24,402 nt of DNA from a virus (taxonomy: Duplodnaviria; Caudoviricetes), in IMG/VR virus record IMGVR_UViG_3300012942_000130, positions 1-24,402 of that record, one strand, 5' to 3'. The notes beneath the pieces are model-generated. The model did no database searches and was not told the origin of the DNA. It saw only the letters and a list, made by a program, of their open reading frames with translations. Made by a program: the position numbers and the translations under genes. This document shows positions 6,424 through 13,770 of the stretch, piece after piece (positions within the stretch are counted from its first letter, which is position 1; every line of letters begins with the position of its first letter).

Positions 6424-6511
6424 GGATGAGGTCGCGCGAAGGCCAAGCGCAGGGGTGCGGTAAGCATCTCGCCCAACCAGGGCGGTGAAGGTTCGAATCC
6501 TTCCTCATCCA
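6424..6511 (+). ncRNA. atypical Tyr-like tRNA (over-long anticodon stem, no U33)
   Basis: GGATGAG/CTCATCC, D arm GCGC/GCGC, arm GGGGTGC-GGTAA-GCATCTC, variable arm GCCC/GGGC, T arm GAAGG-TTCGAAT-CCTTC. Confidence 0.7.
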
Positions 6512-6513
6512 CG

Positions 6514-6763
6514 GCCGGTACCTGCGGAAACCCTTACTCCGCCTGGGTACGGGGAGGCCAACTCCGGTGACCCGCGTTGCGGCGCTCCCGGTGCAAGATC
6601 CCCGTACGCTCGTAGTAGGCGAGCCCGGCACTCTCGGGAGGAAACGGCAGTAAGACGGTTCGAGTCCGTCGTTGGCAGGGCCTAGGCAGTGGCCGAATGG
6701 GTGGCGCAGTTGTGAAGACGAGTGATTGCCACCGCTGGGCGGGTTCGACTCCCGCCCCTCCCA
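6514..6763 (+). ncRNA. structured RNA with two T-arm hairpins and tRNA-like 3' end (fold uncertain)
   Basis: T arms GACGG-TTCGAGT-CCGTC 6654-6670 and GCGGG-TTCGACT-CCCGC 6739-6755 followed by CCCTCCCA; stems GTACGGGGA/TCCCCGTAC and GGTGGCG/TGCCACC. Confidence 0.55.
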
Positions 6764-6789
6764 CTCAGCGCAACCAGGAAGGATGAGAC

Positions 6790-7233
6790 GTGGAAGAGAT
6801 CGTGGATGAGCGGGCCGAACTGCCCGCGTTCCTGTACGGCCAGCTGTTGCGGGAGCGAGCGCTGCTGCACCGCCTGGCCGCCAAGCACTTCAAGGACCCG
6901 AAGAGCGCCGTCGACGTCTCGATGGAGCCCGGTGACCGTCCCAACCGCTGGGAGATGGTGTTCCGTGGCACGAGTGCCAAGGGCAACAACTTCAAGGTGA
7001 CGTTGGAACTCTACAAGCGGGGTCGCAGCCGGTGGCTGATGGGCATGCCGCGAGTCTTCACGGACGGTGTCGAGAACACCGACTTCGAGGGTGACCTCGA
7101 GGACGCCCTCGCGGCTGCTCTCGGGGGCTCGGGCGGTCCGGTTGGGGAGACCCAGGGTACACCGGCCGTCGACCCGCGAGGCGCCCGCTCAAACGCCGTC
7201 GAGACCCGTCGCGCGACGGTCATCCGGAACTAG
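6790..7233 (+). CDS. hypothetical protein (147 aa)
   Basis: GTG after AAGGA RBS; GC3 bias. Confidence 0.75.
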   Translation: MEEIVDERAELPAFLYGQLLRERALLHRLAAKHFKDPKSAVDVSMEPGDRPNRWEMVFRGTSAKGNNFKVTLELYKRGRSRWLMGMPRVFTDGVENTDFEGDLEDALAAALGGSGGPVGETQGTPAVDPRGARSNAVETRRATVIRN

Positions 7234-7240
7234 GAGGGGC

Positions 7241-7666
7241 ATGAACCGTCCGAGTCACGTCTACAAGTGGCAGAGTCACATCGGACGTGGGAACTGGCGT
7301 TGGCGTCTGCCATGTTGGCTGCGCTGGGAGATGCCGTGGGAGTACCTCAGTCGCGTCTGGCGGCATGAGAGGGAGCGAGTCAACCACGGCTACTCCTGGT
7401 GGGACTGGATCAGCTTCGACACCTACGTCTGCGGTGTCATCGCTGACGCGTGTCGAGACTTCCGCCTGAAGGGGATGGGCTATCCCAGCGGCATGACTGA
7501 GGAGGAGTGGCACGCGGTTCTCCTCAGGATCGAGGAGCCGCTGCGCTGGTGGGCCGAGGACAAGTTCGACAACGACCTCGACCACAAGGCTGAGGCGGCC
7601 AAGTACGAGGAGGCCAAAGCGGCCATGGCTCTGTTCGCGGAGCACCTGGGCTCCATGTGGGACTGA
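7241..7666 (+). CDS. hypothetical Trp-rich phage protein (141 aa)
   Basis: ATG after AGGAGG; ends ...ALFAEHLGSMWD. The track's 7067 start overlaps the previous gene. Confidence 0.75.
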   Translation: MNRPSHVYKWQSHIGRGNWRWRLPCWLRWEMPWEYLSRVWRHERERVNHGYSWWDWISFDTYVCGVIADACRDFRLKGMGYPSGMTEEEWHAVLLRIEEPLRWWAEDKFDNDLDHKAEAAKYEEAKAAMALFAEHLGSMWD

Positions 7667-7727
7667 GGGCGTAGAGCCTGTTTACAACGCCCTCTTCGTC
7701 TGATACGCTGATCTCGTCAGCAGGAAG
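7665..7727 (+). promoter_or_regulatory. promoter with -35 in an inverted-repeat loop
   Basis: TTTACA(7681)-17 nt-TACGCT(7704), TGA extension; IR GAGGGCGT 7665-7672 / ACGCCCTC 7687-7694; CTGATACGCTGATCTCG shared with 9632-9648. Confidence 0.65.
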
Positions 7728-7751
7728 CGAACAGGAAGCGACGTATCCGAG

Positions 7752-8867
7752 ATGAAGAACATCGAGAGGGTGATGCTCTCGCCGGCTGTGACGCGCAGCC
7801 GAGTCGAGACACCGTACGTGGTGGTGATCATCCCGGCGCACAACGAGGCTGAGCACATCACCGAAGCCGTCAACGCGCTGTGGGGACAGACTCGTCGTCC
7901 GGACGCGATCATCGTGTCGGCGGACAACTGCACCGATGACACCATCTCACTCGCTGAGGCGGCGGGAGCCGACGTCTTCATCACCGAGGGCAACAGCCAC
8001 AAGCGCGCTGGTGCCGTCAACCAGCCTCTTCAGTGGCTGTTGCCGCATCTTAAGGATCATGACATCGTTGCCATGGTCGACGCCGACACGAAGCTCGATC
8101 CCGGCTTCCTGGAGAACGCGGAGCGACTTCTCAAGCGTCGATACCACGCGGTGGGGCCCACGTTCGACGTGGAGCCCACGTGGAGCATCGTCACTCAGCT
8201 TCAGAACAACGAGTACGCTCGCTACTCTCGTATCACTGAGCGTCGCGGTGGCAAGACTCTCAACCTGTCGGGTGCGGCGCAGACCCTGAGGGTTGAGGTC
8301 ATCCGCGCCGTGGTAGCGGCTCGTGTACGCGGTGACCTTCCGGGTGAGGACGCCATGTACAATACCGACGCGATCAGCGAGGACATGGAGCTCACGATCG
8401 CGGTGAAGACGCTTGGCTTCAAGACCACCGCGTCGTCCAGGTGTCGATGTGTCACTGACATGATGCCGACGGTCAAGGACCTGTGGGTGCAGCGCATTCG
8501 GTGGATCCAGGGCGGCATGGTGGAGCTTCGTCGCTACGGCTACACCAGGGTCACGAAGCCGATGATCCTCAGGCAGTACGTCACCGCGTTCAACGTCGTC
8601 TTCACCTTGGCCTGGATCAGCTACTCGATCTACCTCACCACGATCCTCGGGTGGCACCGGTTTGACTACACCAGCCAGCCCATCTGGGGACTCATCACCC
8701 TGTTCTTCGCCGCCGAGCGTGCCTTCACGGCTCGGAAGGCGGGATGGCGCGGATCACTCGTGGCCGCGCTCTTGGTCCCCGAACTGCTCTATGAGCTGTT
8801 TCGGCAGACCGTCTTCGTTACCTCACTGGTGCGGCACATTCGTCGCACTGAGATTCGTTGGGCGTAA
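7752..8867 (+). CDS. processive family-2 glycosyltransferase (PgaC/hyaluronan/cellulose-synthase-like), membrane-anchored
   Basis: IIPAHNE, DNCTDDT, VDADT (DxD), SEDME and QRIRW (QxxRW) motifs, then C-terminal hydrophobic helices. Confidence 0.9.
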   Translation: MKNIERVMLSPAVTRSRVETPYVVVIIPAHNEAEHITEAVNALWGQTRRPDAIIVSADNCTDDTISLAEAAGADVFITEGNSHKRAGAVNQPLQWLLPHLKDHDIVAMVDADTKLDPGFLENAERLLKRRYHAVGPTFDVEPTWSIVTQLQNNEYARYSRITERRGGKTLNLSGAAQTLRVEVIRAVVAARVRGDLPGEDAMYNTDAISEDMELTIAVKTLGFKTTASSRCRCVTDMMPTVKDLWVQRIRWIQGGMVELRRYGYTRVTKPMILRQYVTAFNVVFTLAWISYSIYLTTILGWHRFDYTSQPIWGLITLFFAAERAFTARKAGWRGSLVAALLVPELLYELFRQTVFVTSLVRHIRRTEIRWA

Positions 8868-8884
8868 GCTCGAAGGGAGTCATC

Positions 8885-9049
8885 ATGTACGGTACGGTTA
8901 CCGGCGGCGCGGCCGCTGCTGGCGGTGGAGCGGCACTCGCTGCGACGGGAACCGGAGGCGTGATCGGCATCGCGTTGACCGCGGTCGTCGTTCTCGCCGC
9001 TGGCTGGGCGCTGTACAACCTGGTGCCGCGGTTCCGCCGCGGTCGCTGA
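8885..9049 (+). CDS. tiny protein consisting mostly of an LAxTG-type sorting signal (54 aa)
   Basis: RBS AAGGGAG; ...AALAATG + hydrophobic helix + RFRRGR tail. Confidence 0.65.
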   Translation: MYGTVTGGAAAAGGGAALAATGTGGVIGIALTAVVVLAAGWALYNLVPRFRRGR

Positions 9050-9067
9050 CGTCAACCATCGACGACA

Positions 9068-9096
9068 GACGCCCCGCAACACAGTTGCGGGGCGTC
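9068..9096 (+). terminator. GC-rich hairpin, probable terminator
   Basis: Perfect 13-bp IR GACGCCCCGCAAC-ACA-GTTGCGGGGCGTC right after the GT2/peptide pair; no U-tract. Confidence 0.55.
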
Positions 9097-9101
9097 AAGG
9101 T

Positions 9102-9635
9102 ATGGAGATCAACGTGAAGCCGCTGCTGTTCCTGGACGTCGACGGCGTCCTGAACCCCGACTCGGTCAGCTCGGGACGGCGGCCTGAGGGATACCTGACG
9201 CATCGCATGCGCCCCTCAGGCTGGACGAACCCCAGGGTCAAGCCCCTCAGGGTCTGGCTCAACCCGAAGCACGGGGAGAAGCTGCTCTCGCTGCCCGTGG
9301 AACTCGTCTGGGGCACCACCTGGGAGCACGAGGCCAACGAGTGGATCGCGCCGCACGTCGGTCTGCCACAGCTGCCGTTCGTCAGGTTCGACAGTGGCAC
9401 CGCTGGCCCCGGCATCCACTGGAAGACGCGGGACCTCGCCACCTATGCCGCCGGCCGGCCGTTCGCGTGGCTCGACGACGAGCTGCACGTTGAGCGCGAT
9501 GGTGACTGGCTGACGGCGAACGGGGTGGCGAACTTCCTGCTCGTGCTCGTTGCCCCGTTCCAGGGGCTTATGGATGGCCACCTGGACAAGGTGCGAGAGT
9601 GGGCTCTGTCACTGGACGACGGTCAACGCAGCTGA
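9102..9635 (+). CDS. HAD-superfamily phosphatase, Swiss-army-knife RNA-repair (HAD_SAK) type
   Basis: LLFLDVDGVLNP, WGTTWEHEAN, WK, FAWLDDE motifs. Confidence 0.8.
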   Translation: MEINVKPLLFLDVDGVLNPDSVSSGRRPEGYLTHRMRPSGWTNPRVKPLRVWLNPKHGEKLLSLPVELVWGTTWEHEANEWIAPHVGLPQLPFVRFDSGTAGPGIHWKTRDLATYAAGRPFAWLDDELHVERDGDWLTANGVANFLLVLVAPFQGLMDGHLDKVREWALSLDDGQRS

Positions 9636-9660
9636 TACGCTGATCTCGACAGTCAGGAAG
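9613..9660 (+). promoter_or_regulatory. promoter of the shared consensus
   Basis: TGGACG-17 nt-TACGCT, followed by GATCTCGACAGTCAGGAAG, nearly identical to 7700-7727. Confidence 0.65.
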
Positions 9661-9681
9661 TGAACGGAGGGAGCTCTCATC

Positions 9682-10197
9682 GTGGTAAGGCTGAGGTTCG
9701 GCGGGGACGATGCGCGGTTCAAGCGCATCTGCCGCCCCTTCGTCCCGGGGATCATGAGCAAGGTTGAGGGCATGCGTGACCCTGAGTTCTCGCGACCTCA
9801 GGTGTCTCGACTGCGTGAGTCGATCAGTGCCGACCTGCGTAAGCTCGGTGACATGGCGATTCCCACGGTGCGACCACCGTTCATCAGCGTCGCCGCCGCG
9901 GCTAGAGCCACAGCTATCGGCGTCAACCTGAAGGGTGAGACGTGGCACACTCAGACGCGGTTTGACCCCGGGCGCAAGGTCTTTCACTACGAGCACCTGA
10001 TGCCTCTCGCTGAGATCATCAAGCTTCTCACGGTGGCTGGCGATGAGCGAGTGGTTCTCCAGGTTCTGTGCGACAACCTGAGCGTCGCCTGGATCACCAA
10101 GGAAGAGGACTCCAGGCTGACGAAGATGGGCTATCGCAGCAACCGACCCGATCCGATGCGTGCTTATACCGCTGCGAAGATCGAGCTTCAGCGGTGA
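9682..10197 (+). CDS. hypothetical protein, possible His-Me/HNH-like nuclease remnant
   Basis: 171 aa; YEHLMP ... ITKEEDSRL ... pattern is reminiscent of an EH..P beta-beta-alpha motif (weak). Confidence 0.6.
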   Translation: MVRLRFGGDDARFKRICRPFVPGIMSKVEGMRDPEFSRPQVSRLRESISADLRKLGDMAIPTVRPPFISVAAAARATAIGVNLKGETWHTQTRFDPGRKVFHYEHLMPLAEIIKLLTVAGDERVVLQVLCDNLSVAWITKEEDSRLTKMGYRSNRPDPMRAYTAAKIELQR

Positions 10198-10201
10198 ATG
10201 C

Positions 10202-10249
10202 TGTACGAGAGCTGATTCAACTGATAGGGTGATATCACCGGTCAGGAAG
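10202..10249 (+). promoter_or_regulatory. promoter of the shared consensus
   Basis: TGTACG-17 nt-TAGGGT with TGA extension, then TCAGGAAG. Confidence 0.55.
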
Positions 10250-10301
10250 CGAGGGAGGAAGCGAGATCATGACCTTAACACCCCGTCCGAAGGGCATCAC
10301 C

Positions 10302-10748
10302 ATGACGGAAGCTCACGTCTACGACGTGCAGGGCACGCTGATCGACGTCAGCTCGGCGCGATACCTGGTCGAGTGCGCGAAGCCGGACTTCGACGCCTTC
10401 CACGTCGCGACCGGCGACTGCCCGCCCAACCAGGACATCGTCGACGAGACGAAGCGGAGTCACATCGCTCAGAAGGTTGTCATCGTGATGACCGGCATGA
10501 ACGAGAAGTTCCGCCCACTCGTCGTCGCATGGCTGCAGCGCCACGAGGTGCCCTTCGATCTGCTCATGATGCGCCCCAACCGGGACTTCCGCAAGGACTT
10601 CATCGTCAAGGCGGAGATGCTGCGAGAGGCGCGCCTGCGGGGCTTCGTCGTCACACACGCGTGGGACGACAACCCGCAGATCGTGGATCTGTGGAAGCGC
10701 GAGAACATCCCCGTGACCGTGGTTCCGGGGTGGACAGGAACGAAGTGA
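10302..10748 (+). CDS. stand-alone PNKP (T4 PseT-like) 3'-phosphatase-type HAD domain
   Basis: VYDVQGTL, VMTG, LMMRP..DFRKDFIVK, WDDNP motifs. Start could be 10269. Confidence 0.8.
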   Translation: MTEAHVYDVQGTLIDVSSARYLVECAKPDFDAFHVATGDCPPNQDIVDETKRSHIAQKVVIVMTGMNEKFRPLVVAWLQRHEVPFDLLMMRPNRDFRKDFIVKAEMLREARLRGFVVTHAWDDNPQIVDLWKRENIPVTVVPGWTGTK

Positions 10749-11095
10749 AGACAGTCTCCTACGAGACCGCTCGGGAGAGGGCGGCACGCGGTGCCGCCCT
10801 CCTCGACGACCGCAGCCCCAACTGGTGGCGGCAGCTCTACCCCGAGAGCGTCATCATGGTCTACGAGACCACGTGCGTGCTCGGTTCTCTCAACCCCGAT
10901 GTGGGCTACCAGGGAATGCTGGACCAGCTCAACCTTGCCGACAACGGTCTCGACGAGCCCGACACCGCGGTCTGGTACGGCTTCGACGTCGCCAACGACG
11001 AGGTCGGAGACGGCAGCTTCGAGTCGTACAGTCGTCTCACCGACGTCTGGCGCAACCTCATCGCCAGGCGCCTGATCGAGGCCGGGTTGCGGTGA
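10745..11095 (+). CDS. hypothetical phage protein (116 aa)
   Basis: GTGA-coupled to the previous gene; RAARGAALLD...CVLG...YGF. Confidence 0.7.
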   Translation: MKTVSYETARERAARGAALLDDRSPNWWRQLYPESVIMVYETTCVLGSLNPDVGYQGMLDQLNLADNGLDEPDTAVWYGFDVANDEVGDGSFESYSRLTDVWRNLIARRLIEAGLR

Positions 11096-11175
11096 GCGTC
11101 GTCTGTGGCACGTGCCGCAAGACGATATACATCAACGTCAAGAAGTGCCCGTTCTGCAACGGGCCACTTCACTGA
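11092..11175 (+). CDS. 27-aa zinc-ribbon micro-protein
   Basis: GTGA-coupled; VSVVCGTCRKTIYINVKKCPFCNGPLH has two CxxC. Confidence 0.55.
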   Translation: MSVVCGTCRKTIYINVKKCPFCNGPLH

Positions 11176-11192
11176 AAGCAGGAGGAAGCGAC

Positions 11193-11420
11193 ATGCAGCG
11201 TCGTGAGACGATCATCCGACGGGTCGAGTTCGACGTCCCGGTCACCCAGGGCTTCGGTGCCACCCACGTGGAGCTCAACAAGGCGGTTCAGGCCGCTGCG
11301 GCTGAGTACTGGCAGGCGACGGGCACTGCGCAGGGCGGTCCGCTGCCCGACGACGCCATCCGCCTGACCTCGACCGACGGCCTCATCACGGTCTTCTTCG
11401 AGCTGGAGAAGCGTCAGTAA
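11193..11420 (+). CDS. hypothetical protein (75 aa)
   Basis: AGGAGG RBS; TAATG coupling to the next gene. Confidence 0.7.
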   Translation: MQRRETIIRRVEFDVPVTQGFGATHVELNKAVQAAAAEYWQATGTAQGGPLPDDAIRLTSTDGLITVFFELEKRQ

Positions 11421-11656
11421 TGGCCCTCGTCGCCGTTCAGATGGTCCAGTGCGACGGATGTCGTGGTATGCTGATGGATATCAGCGGTGACGACACCGAG
11501 ACGATCACCACGGACATCAACAAGGCGACCATCTTCCGCACACCTCAGGCCGCTGCCACCCGCGCCAACATGCGCGGGTGGCGGATCTGGACGAGCTGGC
11601 GGGAAGACGGTTCGGAGTACGTGAGCCGCGTTGACTGTCCGAAGGACCGCACGTAG
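11420..11656 (+). CDS. hypothetical protein, probable Zn-binding (78 aa)
   Basis: CDGC near N-terminus, CP near C-terminus; coupled start. Confidence 0.7.
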   Translation: MALVAVQMVQCDGCRGMLMDISGDDTETITTDINKATIFRTPQAAATRANMRGWRIWTSWREDGSEYVSRVDCPKDRT

Positions 11657-11674
11657 CGCACTAGGAGACGACGC

Positions 11675-12055
11675 ATGGACGCTGCCGAGCTCATCGAGCT
11701 GGACAACAAGATCAAGGCACGTGGGGAGACCCTCGGCCGCCTGGTACTGAAGCGGGTCAGCTTCACCATCCGCCAGCACCTGGACGAGGCGCGTACCGTG
11801 CGTCTGCTCAAGGACGACGACGGCACCTTCACCCTGGAGCGGGTGGCCGGTCCGTCGAGCAAGGTCCTCTACCGCTTCGCGAACGACAAGAACGCGGTGG
11901 AGCCGGCGACGGTGTTCGACACCGACGCGCAGGCGATCATCGACGACCTGGTCACCTACGCCCGGGTGGGCGGCGCTCGTCTGCACGAGGTCGAGGCCTC
12001 GAAGGCCGCCGGTGACGCGACCGTCTACTCGGTGCACCTCCGTACCGACGTCTGA
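11675..12055 (+). CDS. hypothetical protein (126 aa)
   Basis: AGGAG RBS, GC3 bias. Confidence 0.75.
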   Translation: MDAAELIELDNKIKARGETLGRLVLKRVSFTIRQHLDEARTVRLLKDDDGTFTLERVAGPSSKVLYRFANDKNAVEPATVFDTDAQAIIDDLVTYARVGGARLHEVEASKAAGDATVYSVHLRTDV

Positions 12056-12067
12056 CGGTCAACGGCT

Positions 12068-12112
12068 CGCAGCCGGCGAGGAGTGTACTCCTCGCCGGCT
12101 GCGTGATATAGT
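12068..12112 (+). promoter_or_regulatory. 17-bp palindrome (terminator/operator) overlapping a promoter
   Basis: CGCAGCCGGCGAGGAGT-GT-ACTCCTCGCCGGCTGCG; TGTACT(12084)-17 nt-TATAGT(12107) with TGA extension. Confidence 0.65.
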
Positions 12113-12153
12113 AGCCTCATCGCGTTGAAGCAGTTCAGGAAGAGAAGAGGAAC

Positions 12154-12273
12154 ATGTGGCGCGTGCGCCTCCGAAGGGAAGTGATCATGATGCGGTACAT
12201 CTGCATGGGCCTCAGCTTCTGGCTGACCCTGATAGCCATGCAGCCTCACCTGACTACCTACACGATGAGATAA
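12154..12273 (+). CDS. small membrane peptide (39 aa)
   Basis: GAGGA RBS; MWRVRLRREVIMMRYICMGLSFWLTLIAMQPHLTTYTMR. Confidence 0.4.
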   Translation: MWRVRLRREVIMMRYICMGLSFWLTLIAMQPHLTTYTMR

Positions 12274-12285
12274 GGAAGCCCCACC

Positions 12286-12504
12286 GTGCCTGACCACGAG
12301 CAGCTCGGCATCTTGTGCCTTCTCGGGCTGCTGGCCGTTCTCTACTTCGTGACCCTCGGTATCAGGTACTCCCTGGAGTACTGGTACATGATCGTCACCA
12401 CCGTCATGGGCATCGTCGCCCTCAAGATCTGGTGGCGGCGACGGCATCCTCTCAGCTACGACGACGATGAGGGCTACGAGCTGGAGCCTGTCCCCCAGGA
12501 GTGA
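12286..12504 (+). CDS. two-TM membrane protein (72 aa)
   Basis: Two hydrophobic helices, WWRRR, acidic tail. Confidence 0.65.
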   Translation: MPDHEQLGILCLLGLLAVLYFVTLGIRYSLEYWYMIVTTVMGIVALKIWWRRRHPLSYDDDEGYELEPVPQE

Positions 12505-12505
12505 T

Positions 12506-13171
12506 ATGGCGTATAATCCAGACGTGATCTCTGAACTCGGCGTTGCGCGTGGCAGGCTACAGACCGCCTGCGAGCGATCCTGGCGACTCAGTCAGGCGCT
12601 CGAGGCACTCGTCCCGCATCGCAGCGTCGTTCGAGAAGAGGTCACCGCTCGGACTCGCGTCACCGCAGCGCCGCCCTGGCACGCCAGGGCGGCTTTGCTC
12701 GTTATGGACCTGCACGCCATGACGCGAGAGCACGAGAAAGCCTTCGTCATCCTGGTCAGTGGACGGGTCAAGGAACGTGGGGGAAGTGACCGCAACACGG
12801 AGCTGTCCCTCAACTCACTTCCCAAGCTGGCTGAGGCGCTCACCGACGGTCAGGTGTGGCACGCGGTCTTCACCCTGGAGCAGTGGATCCATCAGGCGGA
12901 GGAGACGATCGGCCTCGTGGAGCCACTTCGTCACATCCCCACGCATCCCGGCGAGGAAGAGCCTCGTTGCCCCTGGTGCGGCTACCTCACGCTTCGCTGG
13001 CGTCTCGCCACCGCGCGCATTCACTGCGTCAACCCAGGGTGCGCGGTGGACCGCTACCATGACCGTCGGCCGTCCGGCTACCTCGAGATGGATCTCGAGA
13101 GCGGGACAGCTGAGATCCTCTGGGACGACGAGCTCCCCGAGAAGCGAAGGGATGAAGACGATGACGCTTAA
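12506..13171 (+). CDS. hypothetical protein with C-terminal zinc finger (221 aa)
   Basis: ATG after AGGAG; CPWC...CVNPGC; sits just upstream of the packaging genes. Confidence 0.7.
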   Translation: MAYNPDVISELGVARGRLQTACERSWRLSQALEALVPHRSVVREEVTARTRVTAAPPWHARAALLVMDLHAMTREHEKAFVILVSGRVKERGGSDRNTELSLNSLPKLAEALTDGQVWHAVFTLEQWIHQAEETIGLVEPLRHIPTHPGEEEPRCPWCGYLTLRWRLATARIHCVNPGCAVDRYHDRRPSGYLEMDLESGTAEILWDDELPEKRRDEDDDA

Positions 13172-13382
13172 GACCACCTATGGGGTTCTCTGGCTGCTCT
13201 GGCTTGCCTCCTTCCTGGCCATCGAGCTCACCGCGCTCTGGACGGGTCACCCGGAGTTCACCCTCTCAGAGTGGGTGTGGCGGCTGGAGAAGCTGGGACG
13301 CGTGTGGTCGTTCGCTCGCTACTTCGTCGCCGCGTTCCTGCTGTGGCTCTTCTTCCACCTGGTGTTCGGGTGGTGGCGATGA
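13161..13382 (+). CDS. small membrane protein (73 aa)
   Basis: Trp-rich hydrophobic helices; TLSEWVW motif; ATGA overlap with the next gene. Confidence 0.65.
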   Translation: MTLKTTYGVLWLLWLASFLAIELTALWTGHPEFTLSEWVWRLEKLGRVWSFARYFVAAFLLWLFFHLVFGWWR

Positions 13383-13651
13383 GGGGTTGGTCCTCGGATG
13401 GACTTCCCACCGTTGGGGACGACCCCACGTTGTGGACAGTGAGTGATGCCGCTCGTCTCCTGGGTCCACCGCAGCTCTCGCCGGCGAAGGTGCGTGAGCT
13501 GGTCCAACTGTTCAGCCTGAAGTACGACATGCGGCCCCAAGGGAAGCGTCGAGTGACCGCGAGAGGGCGCGGGGGCCGGCATGCTAGGGTCTATAAAGCC
13601 GACTCCCTGATCAGGGCCTACGATGACCTCGTGGGCCGTCTGGGTCGGTAA
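13379..13651 (+). CDS. putative HTH DNA-binding protein (90 aa)
   Basis: WTVSDAARLLG...KVRELV, basic wing GRGGRHARVY. Confidence 0.6.
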   Translation: MRGWSSDGLPTVGDDPTLWTVSDAARLLGPPQLSPAKVRELVQLFSLKYDMRPQGKRRVTARGRGGRHARVYKADSLIRAYDDLVGRLGR

Positions 13652-13685
13652 GATCATTTTACTGAGTGATTACCTTTACCGGGTT

Positions 13686-13720
13686 CTCGCTGTGAAGTTT
13701 TGGGATATAATCACGGCGAG
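13686..13720 (+). promoter_or_regulatory. candidate promoter for the packaging operon
   Basis: Perfect TATAAT 13706-13711 enclosed by IR CTCGCTGTGA/TCACGGCGAG; no clear -35. Confidence 0.45.
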
Positions 13721-13770
13721 GGGTGAGGTGTCACCGCAGGTTCGGAACCCGTTTCGAGAGGTGGGACCAG

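Noticed and set aside
4795-6764. Short ORFs predicted within the RNA region
   Set aside because: They overlap clear tRNA or tRNA-like folds and lack coding bias.
12512-12517. TATAAT as a promoter
   Set aside because: Lies in codons 3-4 of the 12506 gene with no matching -35.
12286-13382. Holin/lysis cassette from small membrane proteins
   Set aside because: No endolysin nearby; hydrophobicity alone is not diagnostic.
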